NCBI GenBank assembly: GCA_965199675.1
Contig: CBDATI010000028.1
Span: forward strand, 19,205 to 83,204
DNA from: Vicinamibacterales bacterium
Lineage (GTDB): Bacteria > Acidobacteriota > Vicinamibacteria > Vicinamibacterales > UBA8438
DNA: 64,000 nt
Direction: 5' to 3'
The translations under genes and the position numbers were made by a program. Positions within the stretch are counted from its first letter, which is position 1. Each line of letters starts with the position of its first letter. Below are positions 37,601 through 47,150 of the stretch, piece by piece. A model generated the notes under the pieces. The model ran no database searches. It was not told the DNA's origin and saw only the letters and a program-made list of their open reading frames with translations.

Positions 37601-37948
37601 CTGAACTTCGCCCACCCCATCGCGGTGCCCCTGCCGCGCTGGAAGAGCCGCTGGTCGGCCTCCTACGACTGGAGCCGCTACAGCCTCGCCAACTACGTCA
37701 GCTACATCTCCGCCTATGAAGACCGGGGCGAAAACACCACCGCGCCCCGCATCGACCCGTTCCTCGCCTGGGACATGAGCTTCCTGATCCGCTTCCCCGG
37801 CACGGGGATGAACCTCACCATCTACGGGATGAACCTGACCGGGCAGATCCCGCCCTGGGCCAACGTCGAGCAGTCCTACGACGGCTTCACCCACGACCCG
37901 AAGGGGCGGCGCATCAAGGCGGCGGTGAGCTGGCGCTTCGGCGGGTGA
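34667..37948 (+). CDS. TonB-dependent receptor with N-terminal carboxypeptidase-regulatory-like domain
   Basis: 1093 aa. Signal peptide (ALILACVLAAPWTAAAQ), CarbopepD_reg module (ITGTVTDDTGGVLPGVTVEA...DGRYALTGLPPGAYVVTFTLAGFE), plug (VTVVSRETLEQQGTTQLVDLFRNL; NLRGLGASRTLVLINGRR; EVLKEGASATYGSDAVGGVANFVT), then a long barrel. GTG 34745 is an alternative start. Confidence 0.9.
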   Translation: MKCNIPAPPPRPCFRALTLPRLSLVSVSRVLRRRALILACVLAAPWTAAAQDGGITGTVTDDTGGVLPGVTVEASGAAPAAALVTVSDGDGRYALTGLPPGAYVVTFTLAGFERQERAVELAAGVTATVNADLQLGGLFEEVTVAVTGTAIDAPAINMPHAVTVVSRETLEQQGTTQLVDLFRNLNVSHGVVGERNSWYNSNQPSTLTENVANVNLRGLGASRTLVLINGRRHVPVPARLIGGRFVDVNTIPAIAVGRLEVLKEGASATYGSDAVGGVANFVTRNDFRGFEMNVAHDYFDGGGDTTVAGIWGGRIGASSAVLSMERVGRQELQMAERPWALDRLSTHVSGNRAGWSSLGNPGTFAVGAPAPWTADVFDPRCEEFGGQDEGWTCRFRYAPYDNLIDAQQQTRAFLELNGPLNERTRYHVEGLWSDAVIPNWYTTPSYPPFPLTSTTVMEVAANHPGRQQFCGSYAGDPKGDPMSACAGGDPWYFNGRPFGNSGPGRRLRRESRTQRVAASVDGDILLGGRDAHWDVGVSYSRARGNLNLPAVYTDRAFRAFRGFGGADCGVGVVADPNSPAGMRLGPLGGAVAGQGPCMYYNPFSNAIQRSSQPNSTFASVDNPDYVAGLANPEDLRLWLNEEVDLLSTTDMVVADATLSGNLVPNVADFAVGYQFRGVNADGNPNDPGDVTVNPCPVAGDMGCSPGDRFGPYLFTNVHRPYAADQQVQRLFGELAVGIGPRVDTQLAANYEFYNVAGRRVNSFDPKIGWRLQAAENEHYSLSFRGSVQTTFRTPSLDDLNTSPLTTLEWINETGAYQAVDRFGRIDLLPERAFTYNGGVVLFLEGGVEATVDYWRYDFENVIGSMPYDAVTSLYASGDAATRDAVSPFIICPGGRASELAPADRCEAQNLERIQIDLVNWPGLTTSGIDTHLAARSDAGPGRLSLSWDSTWTVGYDTKRLLLEGSDLTLYQPREAAGYLNFAHPIAVPLPRWKSRWSASYDWSRYSLANYVSYISAYEDRGENTTAPRIDPFLAWDMSFLIRFPGTGMNLTIYGMNLTGQIPPWANVEQSYDGFTHDPKGRRIKAAVSWRFGG

Positions 37949-37956
37949 GTAGTACC

Positions 37957-38191
37957 GGGCTCGCCGCCTCGTTCGGCTCGATCGGTGTCCTCATCGTCAA
38001 CAGCAAGGTCGACGAGCTCACCGACCTGGTCCGGTCTCAGGAGCTGCTCGTCACGCACGTGACCGCGCCCGGCCTGCACGTCGACTGACGCCGACGGCGA
38101 CCCCGACGACCTCGGCGACGTCACCCTGAACCCGTGCACGGGGCTCGTCCGGCGACCGTCTCGGGCTCGCCGCCTCGTTCGGCTGGATCGG
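37957..38191. repeat. 29-bp direct repeat pair flanking ~180 bp of decayed sequence downstream of the TonB receptor
   Basis: GGGCTCGCCGCCTCGTTCGGCT(C/G)GATCGG at 37957-37985 and 38163-38191 (28/29 identical). Confidence 0.8.
38089..38166 (+). pseudogene. Fragment of a paralogous TonB-dependent receptor gene
   Basis: GCCGACGGCGACCCCGACGACCTCGGCGACGTCACCCTGAACCCGTGCAC (38089-38138) is 45/50 identical to 36704-36753 inside the intact receptor (ADGNPNDPGDVTVNPC). After a ~24-nt gap the match resumes (CCGGCGACCG.T.TCGGGC, compare 36779-36797). Confidence 0.6.
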
Positions 38192-38349
38192 GCATATACT
38201 GAACGCCGGCGTGCCCGGGTGGCTGGGGGCCGGACGTCGGCGTGACGACAGAACAGGTGATCATCGGCGGGCTCAGCGAGCTGACGGCGGACACGCACGC
38301 GGCGCTCTGAGACATCGCGACCCCCGAGGAGCCGGAGTCGGTCGGGGGG

Positions 38350-39461
<1,112 letters not shown>

Positions 39462-39466
39462 CCGGC

Positions 39467-39760
39467 ATGGAGTGCTGTCCGACGTGCGGAGCCCGGCATG
39501 CCGGGGGGCCGTCCTGCCATCGCTGCCGGACCGACCTCCGACATGTGCTGGCGGTCGAACGGACCGCGGCTCGCCACCAGCGGTTGGTGGGCGACATCGA
39601 CGAGATCGTCCGGCCCGTACGCTTCGAGGGCTGGCAGACCACCCACGCCGGCGAGCGGGAAGTGAAGCAGGCGCTGCGGAGGACGCTGTTCAAGTACCGC
39701 CTGCACCAGGAGCGGGAGCTGTTCGACCGGGCCTATGGCTACATCCGGCAGTACTACTGA
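39467..39760 (+). CDS. Small zinc-ribbon protein (97 aa) coupled to the Hsp70-like gene
   Basis: Starts 5 nt after the Hsp70-like stop. MECCPTCGARHAGGPSCHRCRTDL (CxxC...CxxC), then a helical tail ...FEGWQTTHAGEREVKQALRRTLFKYRLHQERELFDRAYGYIRQYY. Followed by a clean hairpin. Confidence 0.6.
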   Translation: MECCPTCGARHAGGPSCHRCRTDLRHVLAVERTAARHQRLVGDIDEIVRPVRFEGWQTTHAGEREVKQALRRTLFKYRLHQERELFDRAYGYIRQYY

Positions 39761-39771
39761 TGTCGAGGCGG

Positions 39772-39792
39772 GCTGAGCATGGCGTGCTCAGC
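39772..39792 (+). terminator. Stem-loop after the zinc-ribbon ORF
   Basis: GCTGAGCA-tggcg-TGCTCAGC, a perfect 8-bp stem, 12 nt after the stop at 39760. Confidence 0.45.
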
Positions 39793-40017
39793 GCGGTACG
39801 GCGGTCTCGTAGCTCTCCGTGAGCTCTGCGAGATTGGGGGTTCAGGCGCCATCGTCGGGCTTGGGTGCCTCGCGCTCTCTCGATCTGCTCGCCTTGCGGC
39901 CCGTCGCGACCATCGTGCGGTGTCGAGTCGCCGATCTCCCTGCTCTCCAGAAATGATGGCCGCAACTGGGCTGCGCGCCCACAAGCGCCCGGCATGGAAC
40001 AGTTCGCGGAAATGGAG

Positions 40018-40107
40018 TGGCGGAGAGAGTGGGATTCGAACCCACGGTAGAGTTTCCCCTACACACGCTTTCCAAGCGTGCTCCTTCAACCGCTCGGACA
40101 TCTCTCC
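40018..40107 (-). tRNA. tRNA-Ser (anticodon GGA), CCA encoded
   Basis: GGAGAGATGTCCGAGCGGTTGAAGGAGCACGCTTGGAAAGCGTGTGTAGGGGAAACTCTACCGTGGGTTCGAATCCCACTCTCTCCGCCA: 7-bp acceptor stem, anticodon loop TTGGAAA, long variable arm, TTCGAAT T-loop. Confidence 0.93.
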
Positions 40108-40275
40108 GGAGACGAGGCTCGCGCGGTCCCGGGAACCAGTCTATCACGGGCGTTCGGCGTCCTGCGGCCGGCCGCGGGGCGGGCCGGGCCACGCCATCGG
40201 CCGGGGGCCGACGGCGGCGGCGCAGGCCGGACGCTCGATTCGGCGCGAGGGCGGCGGCAAGGCGAGGCCGGCAGC

Positions 40276-40304
40276 TTGATCGGCCTCGGGGCTGACGGTA
40301 CACT
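40276..40304 (+). promoter_or_regulatory. Sigma-70-like promoter candidate upstream of the SRP RNA
   Basis: TTGATC-17 nt-TACACT. The predicted start near 40311 lies upstream of the conserved SRP core. Confidence 0.4.
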
Positions 40305-40357
40305 GAACCTGTCGCCGGCCGAATCGGGGCCGGCGGGCGCCGGCCGGGCGGGTCGCA

Positions 40358-40468
40358 GCGCGGCTCGGACCCTGTGCAATCTCAGCCTACGAACCGCGTC
40401 AGGGCCGGAAGGCAGCAGCGCTAAGTAGTCACTGACATGTGCCGCAGGCTCTTCCGGGTCGCGGCTGG
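40358..40468 (+). ncRNA. ffs: Signal recognition particle RNA (small/4.5S type), ends approximate
   Basis: GTCAGGGCCGGAAGGCAGCAGCGCTAAGTAGTCACTGACATGTGCCGCAGG matches the universally conserved SRP helix-8 core (GUCAGGUCCGGAAGGAAGCAGC...GUGCCG in E. coli 4.5S), including the GGAA tetraloop. Flanking segments (GGACCC...AGCCT / AGGCT...GGGTC) can pair. The classic position is directly upstream of dnaX. Confidence 0.75.
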
Positions 40469-40489
40469 GGCCCGCCGCCCTCGCACTGC

Positions 40490-42541
40490 ATGGCCTATCA
40501 GGTTATCGCCCGCAAGTGGCGGCCCCAACGGTTCGATGACGTCGTCGGCCAGCGCGGGGTCACCCAGACGCTGCGCAACGCCATCGCTCTCGGACGGGTG
40601 GCCCAGGCGTTCGTGTTTGCGGGGCCGCGCGGCGTCGGCAAGACGACGACGGCGCGCATTCTGGCCCGCGCCCTGAACTGCGTCGAGGGGCCGACGGCCG
40701 ATCCGTGCGGGGAATGCGACGCCTGCCGCGAGGTGGCCGAAGGGCGCGACATCGATGTGCTGGAGATCGACGCCGCCACCCACACCCAGGTCGACAATGT
40801 CCGCGAGGTGATCATCTCGGGGCTGTCCATCGCCCCGGTGCGCGATCGCCACAAGGTGTTCATCATCGACGAGGTGCACCAGCTCTCGTCCAGCTCGTTC
40901 AACGCCCTGCTGAAGTCGGTCGAGGAGCCGCCGCCGCACGTGGTCTTCATCATGGCGACGACGCTGCTCGACAAGATACCCGACACGATTCTCTCGCGTT
41001 CGCAGGTCTTCGAGTTCCGCACCATCGGCGTCGCCGCCATCGTCGAGCAGCTTCGGCGGATTGTCGAGGCGGAGGGGGTCGCCATCGACGACGCGGGGCT
41101 CGCCCTCGTCGCCCGCACCGCCAACGGCAGCATGCGCGACGCCCAGAGCGCGCTCGACCAGGTAATCGCCTTCGCGGGCGAGTCGATCGGCGCCGACGAC
41201 GTGTCGGCGGTGCTCGGGCTGGTGGGCCGCGACGCCGTGCTCGACATGGCCGAGACGGTCGCGGCGGAGGCGGCCGACGGGGTCTTCGATCTGGCTGGTC
41301 GCTTCGTCGAGGCGGGGTACGACCTGCGCTCGGTGTGCCGCGAGCTCGCCCGGCTGGTGCGCGATCTGATGGTGCTGAAGGTGGACGCGCGCCGCATCGC
41401 CGACCCCGAGATCGCGGCCGACGCCGAGCGTGAGCGGCTGCAGGCGCTGTTGGACGGGTTCTCGCGCGAGGACCTGCTGCGCGGGTTCGACGTGCTGTCG
41501 CGGGCCGAGCTCGACATCCGCAACGCGACGCAGCCCCGCTACCATTTCGAGATGGCGATGCTGCGCTGGATCCACCTGCGGCGGCTCGTGCCGCTGGCCG
41601 AGCTGCTCGGCGGGGCGGGTCGGCTCGATCCGGCGCGGTCGACACCCGCGGCGGCGCGGCAGACCCCGGCGCGGCGGAACTCGGCGCCGGTGGAGTCGCC
41701 GCCCACGCACGTCCGACCGGCGGAGGAAGCGCGCCGGCCCGCGGGTCCGACCTCCGGTTCGCCGGAAACGGCCACGGCGGCGGCCAGCGTCCCGCCCGCC
41801 GCGGCTTCCGACCCCGCTCCCGGTTCGCCGGCCGGTCTGAAGGAGCGGTTTCTTGCCGAGCTCCAGCGGAGGCGGAAGTTCTTTCACGGGACGGTGGCCG
41901 CCCAGGCCCGGGACGTCGAGGTGGAGGACGGGCGAATCACGTTCGTGTTCGACTCGGCCCGGCGCACCCTCTCGCAGCATGTGGAGAAGGCCCGCGGGTG
42001 GCTCGAGCCGCTGGCCGGCGAAGTGGCCGGGCGGAAGATGGCGGTGGGCGTCCGGCAGATCGCCGCGGCGGATGCCGCCGGCGCGGGAGCCGCAGCCGGT
42101 GATGCGGAGACGAGAGCGGACCCGCATCAGCCGCCGCTGACGGTCCCGCCGCCGACGGAGCCGCCGGCTGCACGGGAGCCGTCCCCGGCTCTCGCGCGTC
42201 CTGCCGACCCCGAGCCCCCGGCGCTCGGGTCTCCCATGGAGTCCGAGCCTTCGTCGGACTCCGTCGACTCGCCGCTCGGTTCGCCGGTGCAGTCGGGCGA
42301 TTCCCCGGCCGCCTCGGCCTTGGCGCCGTCGGGGTCCTCCGCGCGGTCCGAGCCGCCGCGGCGGTCCGAGTCTTCGGCAAGCGGCGGCCGCGTCCCCCGG
42401 GGTTCGAAAGGGAAGCGCCGGACCCCGGCGCCGGGGTCCGGCGAGACCGACGATCTGCTCGCGAAGGCCTTGGAGGATCCCGCGGTGCAGACCATGCTCG
42501 ACGTGTTCCCGGCCGAGATCAAGGAAGTCGAAGAGATGTGA
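40490..42541 (+). CDS. dnaX: DNA polymerase III subunits gamma/tau
   Basis: Start moved to ATG 40490, clear of the [30 protein letters not shown]...[24 protein letters not shown]...[10 protein letters not shown]...[12 protein letters not shown]...SRSQVFEF. Pro/Ala/Ser-rich tau linker in the C-terminal half. Confidence 0.93.
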   Translation: MAYQVIARKWRPQRFDDVVGQRGVTQTLRNAIALGRVAQAFVFAGPRGVGKTTTARILARALNCVEGPTADPCGECDACREVAEGRDIDVLEIDAATHTQVDNVREVIISGLSIAPVRDRHKVFIIDEVHQLSSSSFNALLKSVEEPPPHVVFIMATTLLDKIPDTILSRSQVFEFRTIGVAAIVEQLRRIVEAEGVAIDDAGLALVARTANGSMRDAQSALDQVIAFAGESIGADDVSAVLGLVGRDAVLDMAETVAAEAADGVFDLAGRFVEAGYDLRSVCRELARLVRDLMVLKVDARRIADPEIAADAERERLQALLDGFSREDLLRGFDVLSRAELDIRNATQPRYHFEMAMLRWIHLRRLVPLAELLGGAGRLDPARSTPAAARQTPARRNSAPVESPPTHVRPAEEARRPAGPTSGSPETATAAASVPPAAASDPAPGSPAGLKERFLAELQRRRKFFHGTVAAQARDVEVEDGRITFVFDSARRTLSQHVEKARGWLEPLAGEVAGRKMAVGVRQIAAADAAGAGAAAGDAETRADPHQPPLTVPPPTEPPAAREPSPALARPADPEPPALGSPMESEPSSDSVDSPLGSPVQSGDSPAASALAPSGSSARSEPPRRSESSASGGRVPRGSKGKRRTPAPGSGETDDLLAKALEDPAVQTMLDVFPAEIKEVEEM

Positions 42542-42546
42542 CCGCC

Positions 42547-42846
42547 ATGAACATTCAGAAGATGATGCAGCAGGCGCAGCAGATGCAGGAGAACCTGCAA
42601 AAGCAGCTCAGGGAGGCCAACGTCGAGGCGACGGCGGGGGGCGGCATGGTGACCGTGGTCATGAATGGGGTCAAGGAGATCCAGCGCTTGCGCATCGACC
42701 CCGAGGTGGTGTCGCCCGACGACGTGGAGATGCTGCAGGACCTCATCGTCGCCGCGGTGAGCGACGCTCAGCGCCGCGTCGACGAGCTCGCCTCGCAGCG
42801 CATGGGCGGCATGATGGGCGGGCTCAAGATTCCCGGTCTCTCCTGA
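42547..42846 (+). CDS. ybaB: YbaB/EbfC family nucleoid-associated protein
   Basis: [55 protein letters not shown]...[24 protein letters not shown] 42538 (in the track) is an alternative start that overlaps the dnaX stop. Confidence 0.9.
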   Translation: MNIQKMMQQAQQMQENLQKQLREANVEATAGGGMVTVVMNGVKEIQRLRIDPEVVSPDDVEMLQDLIVAAVSDAQRRVDELASQRMGGMMGGLKIPGLS

Positions 42847-42863
42847 ACCCCGCCCGAGACGCC

Positions 42864-43460
42864 ATGACCCGCATCGAGCCCCTCGTGCGGCTGACCGGCG
42901 AGCTCCAGAAGCTGCCGGGCATCGGGGCCAAGAGCGCCCAGCGGCTGGCCTTCCATCTCCTGAAGCGGTCGCGCGAGGAGGCCGACCAGCTCTGCGACGC
43001 CATCCGCGACGTCAAGGAGCGGGTCGTCCACTGCTCGGTGTGCTCGAACATCACCGACTGCGACCCCTGCTTCTATTGCACCGACGCGGGGCGCGACCGG
43101 CGCGTGCTGTGCGTGGTCGAGGATCCCCACAACGTTGACGCGATCGAGAAGACAGGCGACTTCAGGGGTGCCTACCACGTGCTGATGGGGGCGCTGTCGC
43201 CCCTGAAGGGCGTCGGACCCGACGACCTGCAGATCGCCGGCCTCCTCGAGCGGGTCGGCGGAGGTGAGGTGGCCGAGGTGATTCTCGCCACCAACCCCAA
43301 CGTCGAGGGCGAGGCGACGGCCATCTACCTGGCGAGGCTGCTCAAGCCGCTCGGGGTCCGCGTCAGCCGCATCGCGATGGGGGTGCCGGTGGGCAGCGAC
43401 CTCGAGTACGCCGACGAGATCACCATGCTCAAGGCGATGGAGGGCCGCCGCGAGATGTGA
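42864..43460 (+). CDS. recR: Recombination protein RecR
   Basis: [20 protein letters not shown] (HhH), [16 protein letters not shown] (zinc finger), Toprim region [27 protein letters not shown]...[15 protein letters not shown]. Confidence 0.93.
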   Translation: MTRIEPLVRLTGELQKLPGIGAKSAQRLAFHLLKRSREEADQLCDAIRDVKERVVHCSVCSNITDCDPCFYCTDAGRDRRVLCVVEDPHNVDAIEKTGDFRGAYHVLMGALSPLKGVGPDDLQIAGLLERVGGGEVAEVILATNPNVEGEATAIYLARLLKPLGVRVSRIAMGVPVGSDLEYADEITMLKAMEGRREM

Positions 43461-43499
43461 GCGTGGGGGTCGGGTTGGCCCCCCGCGTCGCCCCGGGCT

Positions 43500-45503
43500 T
43501 CACGATGCGCCCCCCGCGGCCAGCTCGTCGAGCACGGCGGCGGTGGCGGGAGCGCGGTGTGCGCCGCCGCCGGCCAGCGCCGTGCGCAGCGCCGCGAGGT
43601 CGGCCGCGTCGTCGACGTCGCGCCACGAATCGAGCAGCTCGACCCGCAGTCCGCGCGTCTCGGCCGCGGCCACGGTGTCGGCGCGGGTCCACGGGCTGCT
43701 CCAGCGGATGCCGGTGAACAGGTCCGGTGTCGGGTCCCCGGCGCGGGGGCGGGCGAGGCCGATGAGGTAGTAGCCGCCGTCGGCGCTCGGGCCCAGCACC
43801 ACTGCGTCTGGTCCCGCTGCGAGGCGGGCTAGCGCTTCGCGGATGCGCGCCGGCGGTAACCCCGGCAGGTCCGAGCCCATCACCACCACCGGCGAGAACC
43901 CGTCCCCGAACAGATCCTCGAAGATGGCGCGCTCGCGCTCGCCGAGGTCGGCGCCCCGCTGCGGCATGAGTTCGTCGGGGGCGACCCCGGCCGGGGCGAA
44001 CCCGTGCGGCCCGCCGTCCGGGGTGTAGGCCACGCGGAGCGTGGCTGCCTCCACGGTGCGGCACGCCGAGACGACGTCGGCGAGGAAGGCGGCGTACAGC
44101 CGCCGCCGGTCCCGTTCGTCCGGGACGACGCCGGCCAGCCGCGTCTTCGGCGCCCGCCCGCGGCTCGGCGAGCGCGCCATCACCGCCACCACCGGGCCGC
44201 GGGGTGCGGGCGTCTCCGGGCCGGCGGCCGGCTCGGAGCCATCGTGGTCTTCGGGGCCGGCGGCCGGTTCGGGGCCATCGTGGTCTTCGGGGCCGCCCGC
44301 CGGCTCGGACCGATCGCGCGTTCGTGCCGCCAAGTCGCCCGCCGTGGATTTCCCCGCACTGTCCGCCGGCGGCTCCTCCGCCGCTGATTTCCCCGCGCGG
44401 CCCGCCGCCGGCTCCTCCGCCATGCCGCCCGCTGCCGTCGCGGCCACCGCGGCGGCGCCGTCGCGGCGGGCGGCAAGACCGCGACGCGCCAGCAGCAGGA
44501 CCCCCGCGGTCATCCACACCAGCATCCGCCCCTTGCGTACGAGGGCGAGGGTGACCCCGGCGACGCCGCCGAACCCCAACAGCTCGGCCACCGCGGCCGT
44601 GCCCGCCTCGTCCACCCCGATGCGCAGGGGCACGAACTTGAACGCGCCGGCGAGGAAACGGTTCGCCGCCTCGAGGACCAACGCGTCGAGCAGGGTCGGC
44701 GGCACGTCGCTGACGAACGCGAGCACGAGGTGGATCTCCAGGACGGCGAGGGCGTGGAACCCCAGCTCCCACCCGGCCACGGCGGCGAGGCGCCGCGGCG
44801 CGCGGGGGTACAGGTCGTGGACGCGATCTTCGGCCCGGCGCACGCCGTTGGCCCAGGCCGCGAGCCTGCCCGCCGGAGCGCGGTGCGCGACCGCGTCCAG
44901 CAGGGCGCTGGCGGGGTGCAGGCGCCGCCAGATGACCCCGTGCGCGGCGGCGGTCAGCAGAACCAGCGCAGCCACCAGGGCCGCGCCGGCCGTCCACCAG
45001 CTCTCGGCTGGGCCGAGACGGAACGCCAGCGCCATTGCCCCGCCCGCGACGACGAGGGCGGCCGACAGCGTGTAGAAGAGGTTCTCGACGGCGAGAGCGG
45101 GCAGGGTGCGCGACGCCGGTTCGCGGTCGCCCGCGAACAGCGTCTTCGCGGGCTCGCTGACGAGGAGTCCCAGCGGGGTCAGGTTGCCGAGCGTATCGCC
45201 GGCGACCATTGCGTGGAATGCATGCCGTCGGGTCAGCCGGTGCGGTCGGTCGAGGCAGCCGCGCCAGGCGAGGGCCCGCGCCGCGAGCCGGAGGCCGCCC
45301 ATGGCGGCGACGGCGGGGAAGGCCCAGCCGAGGCGGCCGATGCCCGCCGCGATCTCCGCGGTCCCGGTGCGCTGGACGAACCAGACGAACAGGACGACGC
45401 CCGCCGCCGCCGCGATCAGGCCCGGCACGGAGCGCCCGCGGCGGCCGGCCGGGACCGACGGGCCGCGCATCGTGTGTTGCGGCTTTTCGTCACGCCCCGT
45501 CAT
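43500..45503 (-). CDS. Fusion protein: flippase-like/LPG-synthase TM domain (UPF0104) + repeat linker + DUF2064 (TIGR04282-like nucleotidyl/glycosyltransferase-fold) domain
   Basis: The N-terminal ~330 aa are polytopic (…AMVAGDTLGNLTPLGLLVSEPAKT…FKFVPLRIGVDEAG…). The C-terminal ~230 aa read VVAVMARSPSRGRAPKTRL...LYAAFLADVV...VVVMGSDLPGLPP...LGPSADGGYYLIGL...WSSPW, which is DUF2064-like. Start is uncertain (ATG 45503 or ATG 45470). Confidence 0.7.
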   Translation of the reverse strand: MTGRDEKPQHTMRGPSVPAGRRGRSVPGLIAAAAGVVLFVWFVQRTGTAEIAAGIGRLGWAFPAVAAMGGLRLAARALAWRGCLDRPHRLTRRHAFHAMVAGDTLGNLTPLGLLVSEPAKTLFAGDREPASRTLPALAVENLFYTLSAALVVAGGAMALAFRLGPAESWWTAGAALVAALVLLTAAAHGVIWRRLHPASALLDAVAHRAPAGRLAAWANGVRRAEDRVHDLYPRAPRRLAAVAGWELGFHALAVLEIHLVLAFVSDVPPTLLDALVLEAANRFLAGAFKFVPLRIGVDEAGTAAVAELLGFGGVAGVTLALVRKGRMLVWMTAGVLLLARRGLAARRDGAAAVAATAAGGMAEEPAAGRAGKSAAEEPPADSAGKSTAGDLAARTRDRSEPAGGPEDHDGPEPAAGPEDHDGSEPAAGPETPAPRGPVVAVMARSPSRGRAPKTRLAGVVPDERDRRRLYAAFLADVVSACRTVEAATLRVAYTPDGGPHGFAPAGVAPDELMPQRGADLGERERAIFEDLFGDGFSPVVVMGSDLPGLPPARIREALARLAAGPDAVVLGPSADGGYYLIGLARPRAGDPTPDLFTGIRWSSPWTRADTVAAAETRGLRVELLDSWRDVDDAADLAALRTALAGGGAHRAPATAAVLDELAAGGAS
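44218..44423 (-). repeat. Two sets of in-frame tandem duplications forming the interdomain linker
   Basis: A 36-bp unit GGGCCGGCGGCCGG(C/T)TCGG(A/G)GCCATCGTGGTCTTCG occurs twice plus a partial copy (44218-44308; peptide EDHDG(P/S)EPAAGP). A 39-bp unit GATTTCCCCGC...GGCTCCTCCGCC occurs twice (44347-44423; peptide AEEP..(A/G)..AGKS). Confidence 0.85.
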
Positions 45504-45512
45504 AATGCGCCA

Positions 45513-46130
45513 ATGGCCTTCCTGTCGCCGCAGGTCGTGGCGGCGGTCATTCTACTCGCTGGCGGACTGACGGCTTGCTTCCTCGGCTACCGGTTGTTTC
45601 GTTGGCTGCTCGTGCTGTACGGGTTCGCCGGCGGGGCCTACGTCACGTCGCTGTTCGTCGGCGCGTTGTCGCCGTGGGTCGCGGCCGGGGTGGTCGTCCT
45701 GGGCGGGCTGGCCGGGGCGGCGGTGGCGCTGGTGCTCTATCTGGCCGTGGTGGCGGTGGCGGGCGCCGCGGTCGGGGTGCTCGTCCTCAATCTCTCGTGG
45801 TCGCCGGCCTCCGGCGATCCGCAGGCCTGGATGGTGATTCTCGCGTGTCTGATCGGCGCGAGCCTCGCCGTCGTGCTGCAACGCTACGTCATCATCGTGG
45901 GGACCGCTTTCGGGGGCGCGTGGACCGCCCTCGTGGGTGCCCTCGCCCTCGTGGGGCACCCCGGCGCGCAGGCGGTGACGGACGGCGACGTGTGGCAGAT
46001 GTATCCCCTGGCGCCGGCCCGGGGGCAGGTGCCGTTCGCGGTGGGGTGGCTGAGCCTGGGACTGCTCGCGGCGCTGTGGCAGTTGCTGGGCGCGCGGTCG
46101 GGGAAGCCGCCGCCGGACGCCGACATTTGA
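45513..46130 (+). CDS. DUF4203 (TM7S3/TMEM198-like) integral membrane protein
   Basis: Start moved to ATG 45513. MAFLSPQVVAAVILLAGGLTACFLGYRLFRWLLVLYGFAGGAYVTSLFV... with about 6-7 Gly/Ala-rich TM helices. Confidence 0.7.
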   Translation: MAFLSPQVVAAVILLAGGLTACFLGYRLFRWLLVLYGFAGGAYVTSLFVGALSPWVAAGVVVLGGLAGAAVALVLYLAVVAVAGAAVGVLVLNLSWSPASGDPQAWMVILACLIGASLAVVLQRYVIIVGTAFGGAWTALVGALALVGHPGAQAVTDGDVWQMYPLAPARGQVPFAVGWLSLGLLAALWQLLGARSGKPPPDADI

Positions 46131-46219
46131 CGCTGCCGGCCGTGGTGCTCTAAAATCGAGGTTTCGTCTGGTGCTCGACGCTCGCACCATGACGTTGGTC
46201 TGCACGCGCGCTGCCATGT

Positions 46220-46295
46220 TCCTCAGTAGCTCAATTGGCAGAGCATCCGGCTGTTAACCGGAGGGTTGTTGGTTCGAGTCCAACCTGAGGAGCCA
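46220..46295 (+). tRNA. tRNA-Asn (anticodon GTT), CCA encoded
   Basis: TCCTCAGTAGCTCAATTGGCAGAGCATCCGGCTGTTAACCGGAGGGTTGTTGGTTCGAGTCCAACCTGAGGAGCCA: standard cloverleaf, anticodon loop CTGTTAA. Confidence 0.93.
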
Positions 46296-46382
46296 AACCT
46301 CTCACCCCCTGCTGTCGTGCCCCACCCGCGTCGGCGCCCCGCGCGGCTGTCATTCCCCTCGCTGCACCGCGTTCGCAACCCG

Positions 46383-47150
46383 GTGCAGCGCTGGGCGGCG
46401 GCCGTCGTGCTGCTGCTCGCCGCGCCGGGCGGAGCGGCGGCCCAGACCGAGTTCCATTTCCAGTACGGGAAGTTCGTCAACCCGTTCTCGGGAGAGCGGC
46501 GCTACGCGCGGGTCCTCACCTTTCAGCAGGCGTCGCGCTGGTCGCTCGGCGACAGCTTCATCTTCCTCGACTGGACCGACGACGGGGGTGCGGACGGGTT
46601 CAACGAGAAGGGCATGTACGGCGAGTGGTACCCGTCCCTGAGCCTGGGCCGGGTGTCGAACCGCACGGTGGGGGCGGGGCCGATCCGGGACGTGGCCCTC
46701 ATCGGCGGACTCAACTTCGGCAGCGAGGCGAACATCTTCAAGGTCGTGCCCGGAGGGCGGCTCTCCTGGGACGCGCCCGGCTTCTTCTTCCTCAACACCG
46801 ACTTCGGGGTCACCATCGACAGGAGCAGCGGGGTGGCGGGGGGCGGGGCGCCGCGGACCGGCGCGAGTTTCGTCGCGGACGTCAACTGGGGCGCCGCCTT
46901 CGACCTCGGCGCGCAGTCGTTTCTGTTCACGGGCCACACCAAGTACATGGGGGCGGCGACCGACGAGCTGGGCCGGCGCGTGAAGGCGTCGCTGCTCGCC
47001 CAGCCACAGCTCGGCTGGGACCTCGGCAAGGCCGCAACAGGCCACGGCGGCCAGCTCTTCCTGGGCGTGGAATACCAGTACTGGTGGAACAAGCTCGGCG
47101 TGGACGACGGCGACAACGTGGCGCAGTTGTGGCTGATGTGGCGGCTGTGA
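46383..47150 (+). CDS. Tsx-like / DUF5020-type outer-membrane beta-barrel channel
   Basis: The track start (46266) lies inside tRNA-Asn, so I use GTG 46383 (VQRWAAAVVLLLAAPGGAAAQ signal peptide). TEFHFQYGKFVNPF...GDSFIFLDW...YGEWYPSLSLGR...AQPQLGWDLG...LFLGVEYQYWWNKLG...AQLWLMWRL is the nucleoside-channel-like barrel signature with a terminal aromatic-rich strand. Confidence 0.7.
   Translation: MQRWAAAVVLLLAAPGGAAAQTEFHFQYGKFVNPFSGERRYARVLTFQQASRWSLGDSFIFLDWTDDGGADGFNEKGMYGEWYPSLSLGRVSNRTVGAGPIRDVALIGGLNFGSEANIFKVVPGGRLSWDAPGFFFLNTDFGVTIDRSSGVAGGGAPRTGASFVADVNWGAAFDLGAQSFLFTGHTKYMGAATDELGRRVKASLLAQPQLGWDLGKAATGHGGQLFLGVEYQYWWNKLGVDDGDNVAQLWLMWRL

Noticed and set aside
41500-42100. Programmed ribosomal frameshift site for a gamma subunit in dnaX
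   Set aside because: I saw no A-rich slippery heptamer (A AAA AAG type) or any homopolymer run in the tau linker region.
39761-46300. Island attachment sites: direct repeats of the 3' ends of tRNA-Ser or tRNA-Asn
   Set aside because: By eye I found no second copy of GATTCGAACCCAC... or GGTTCGAGTCCAACC... in the window. This needs a computational search, so no island boundaries are claimed.
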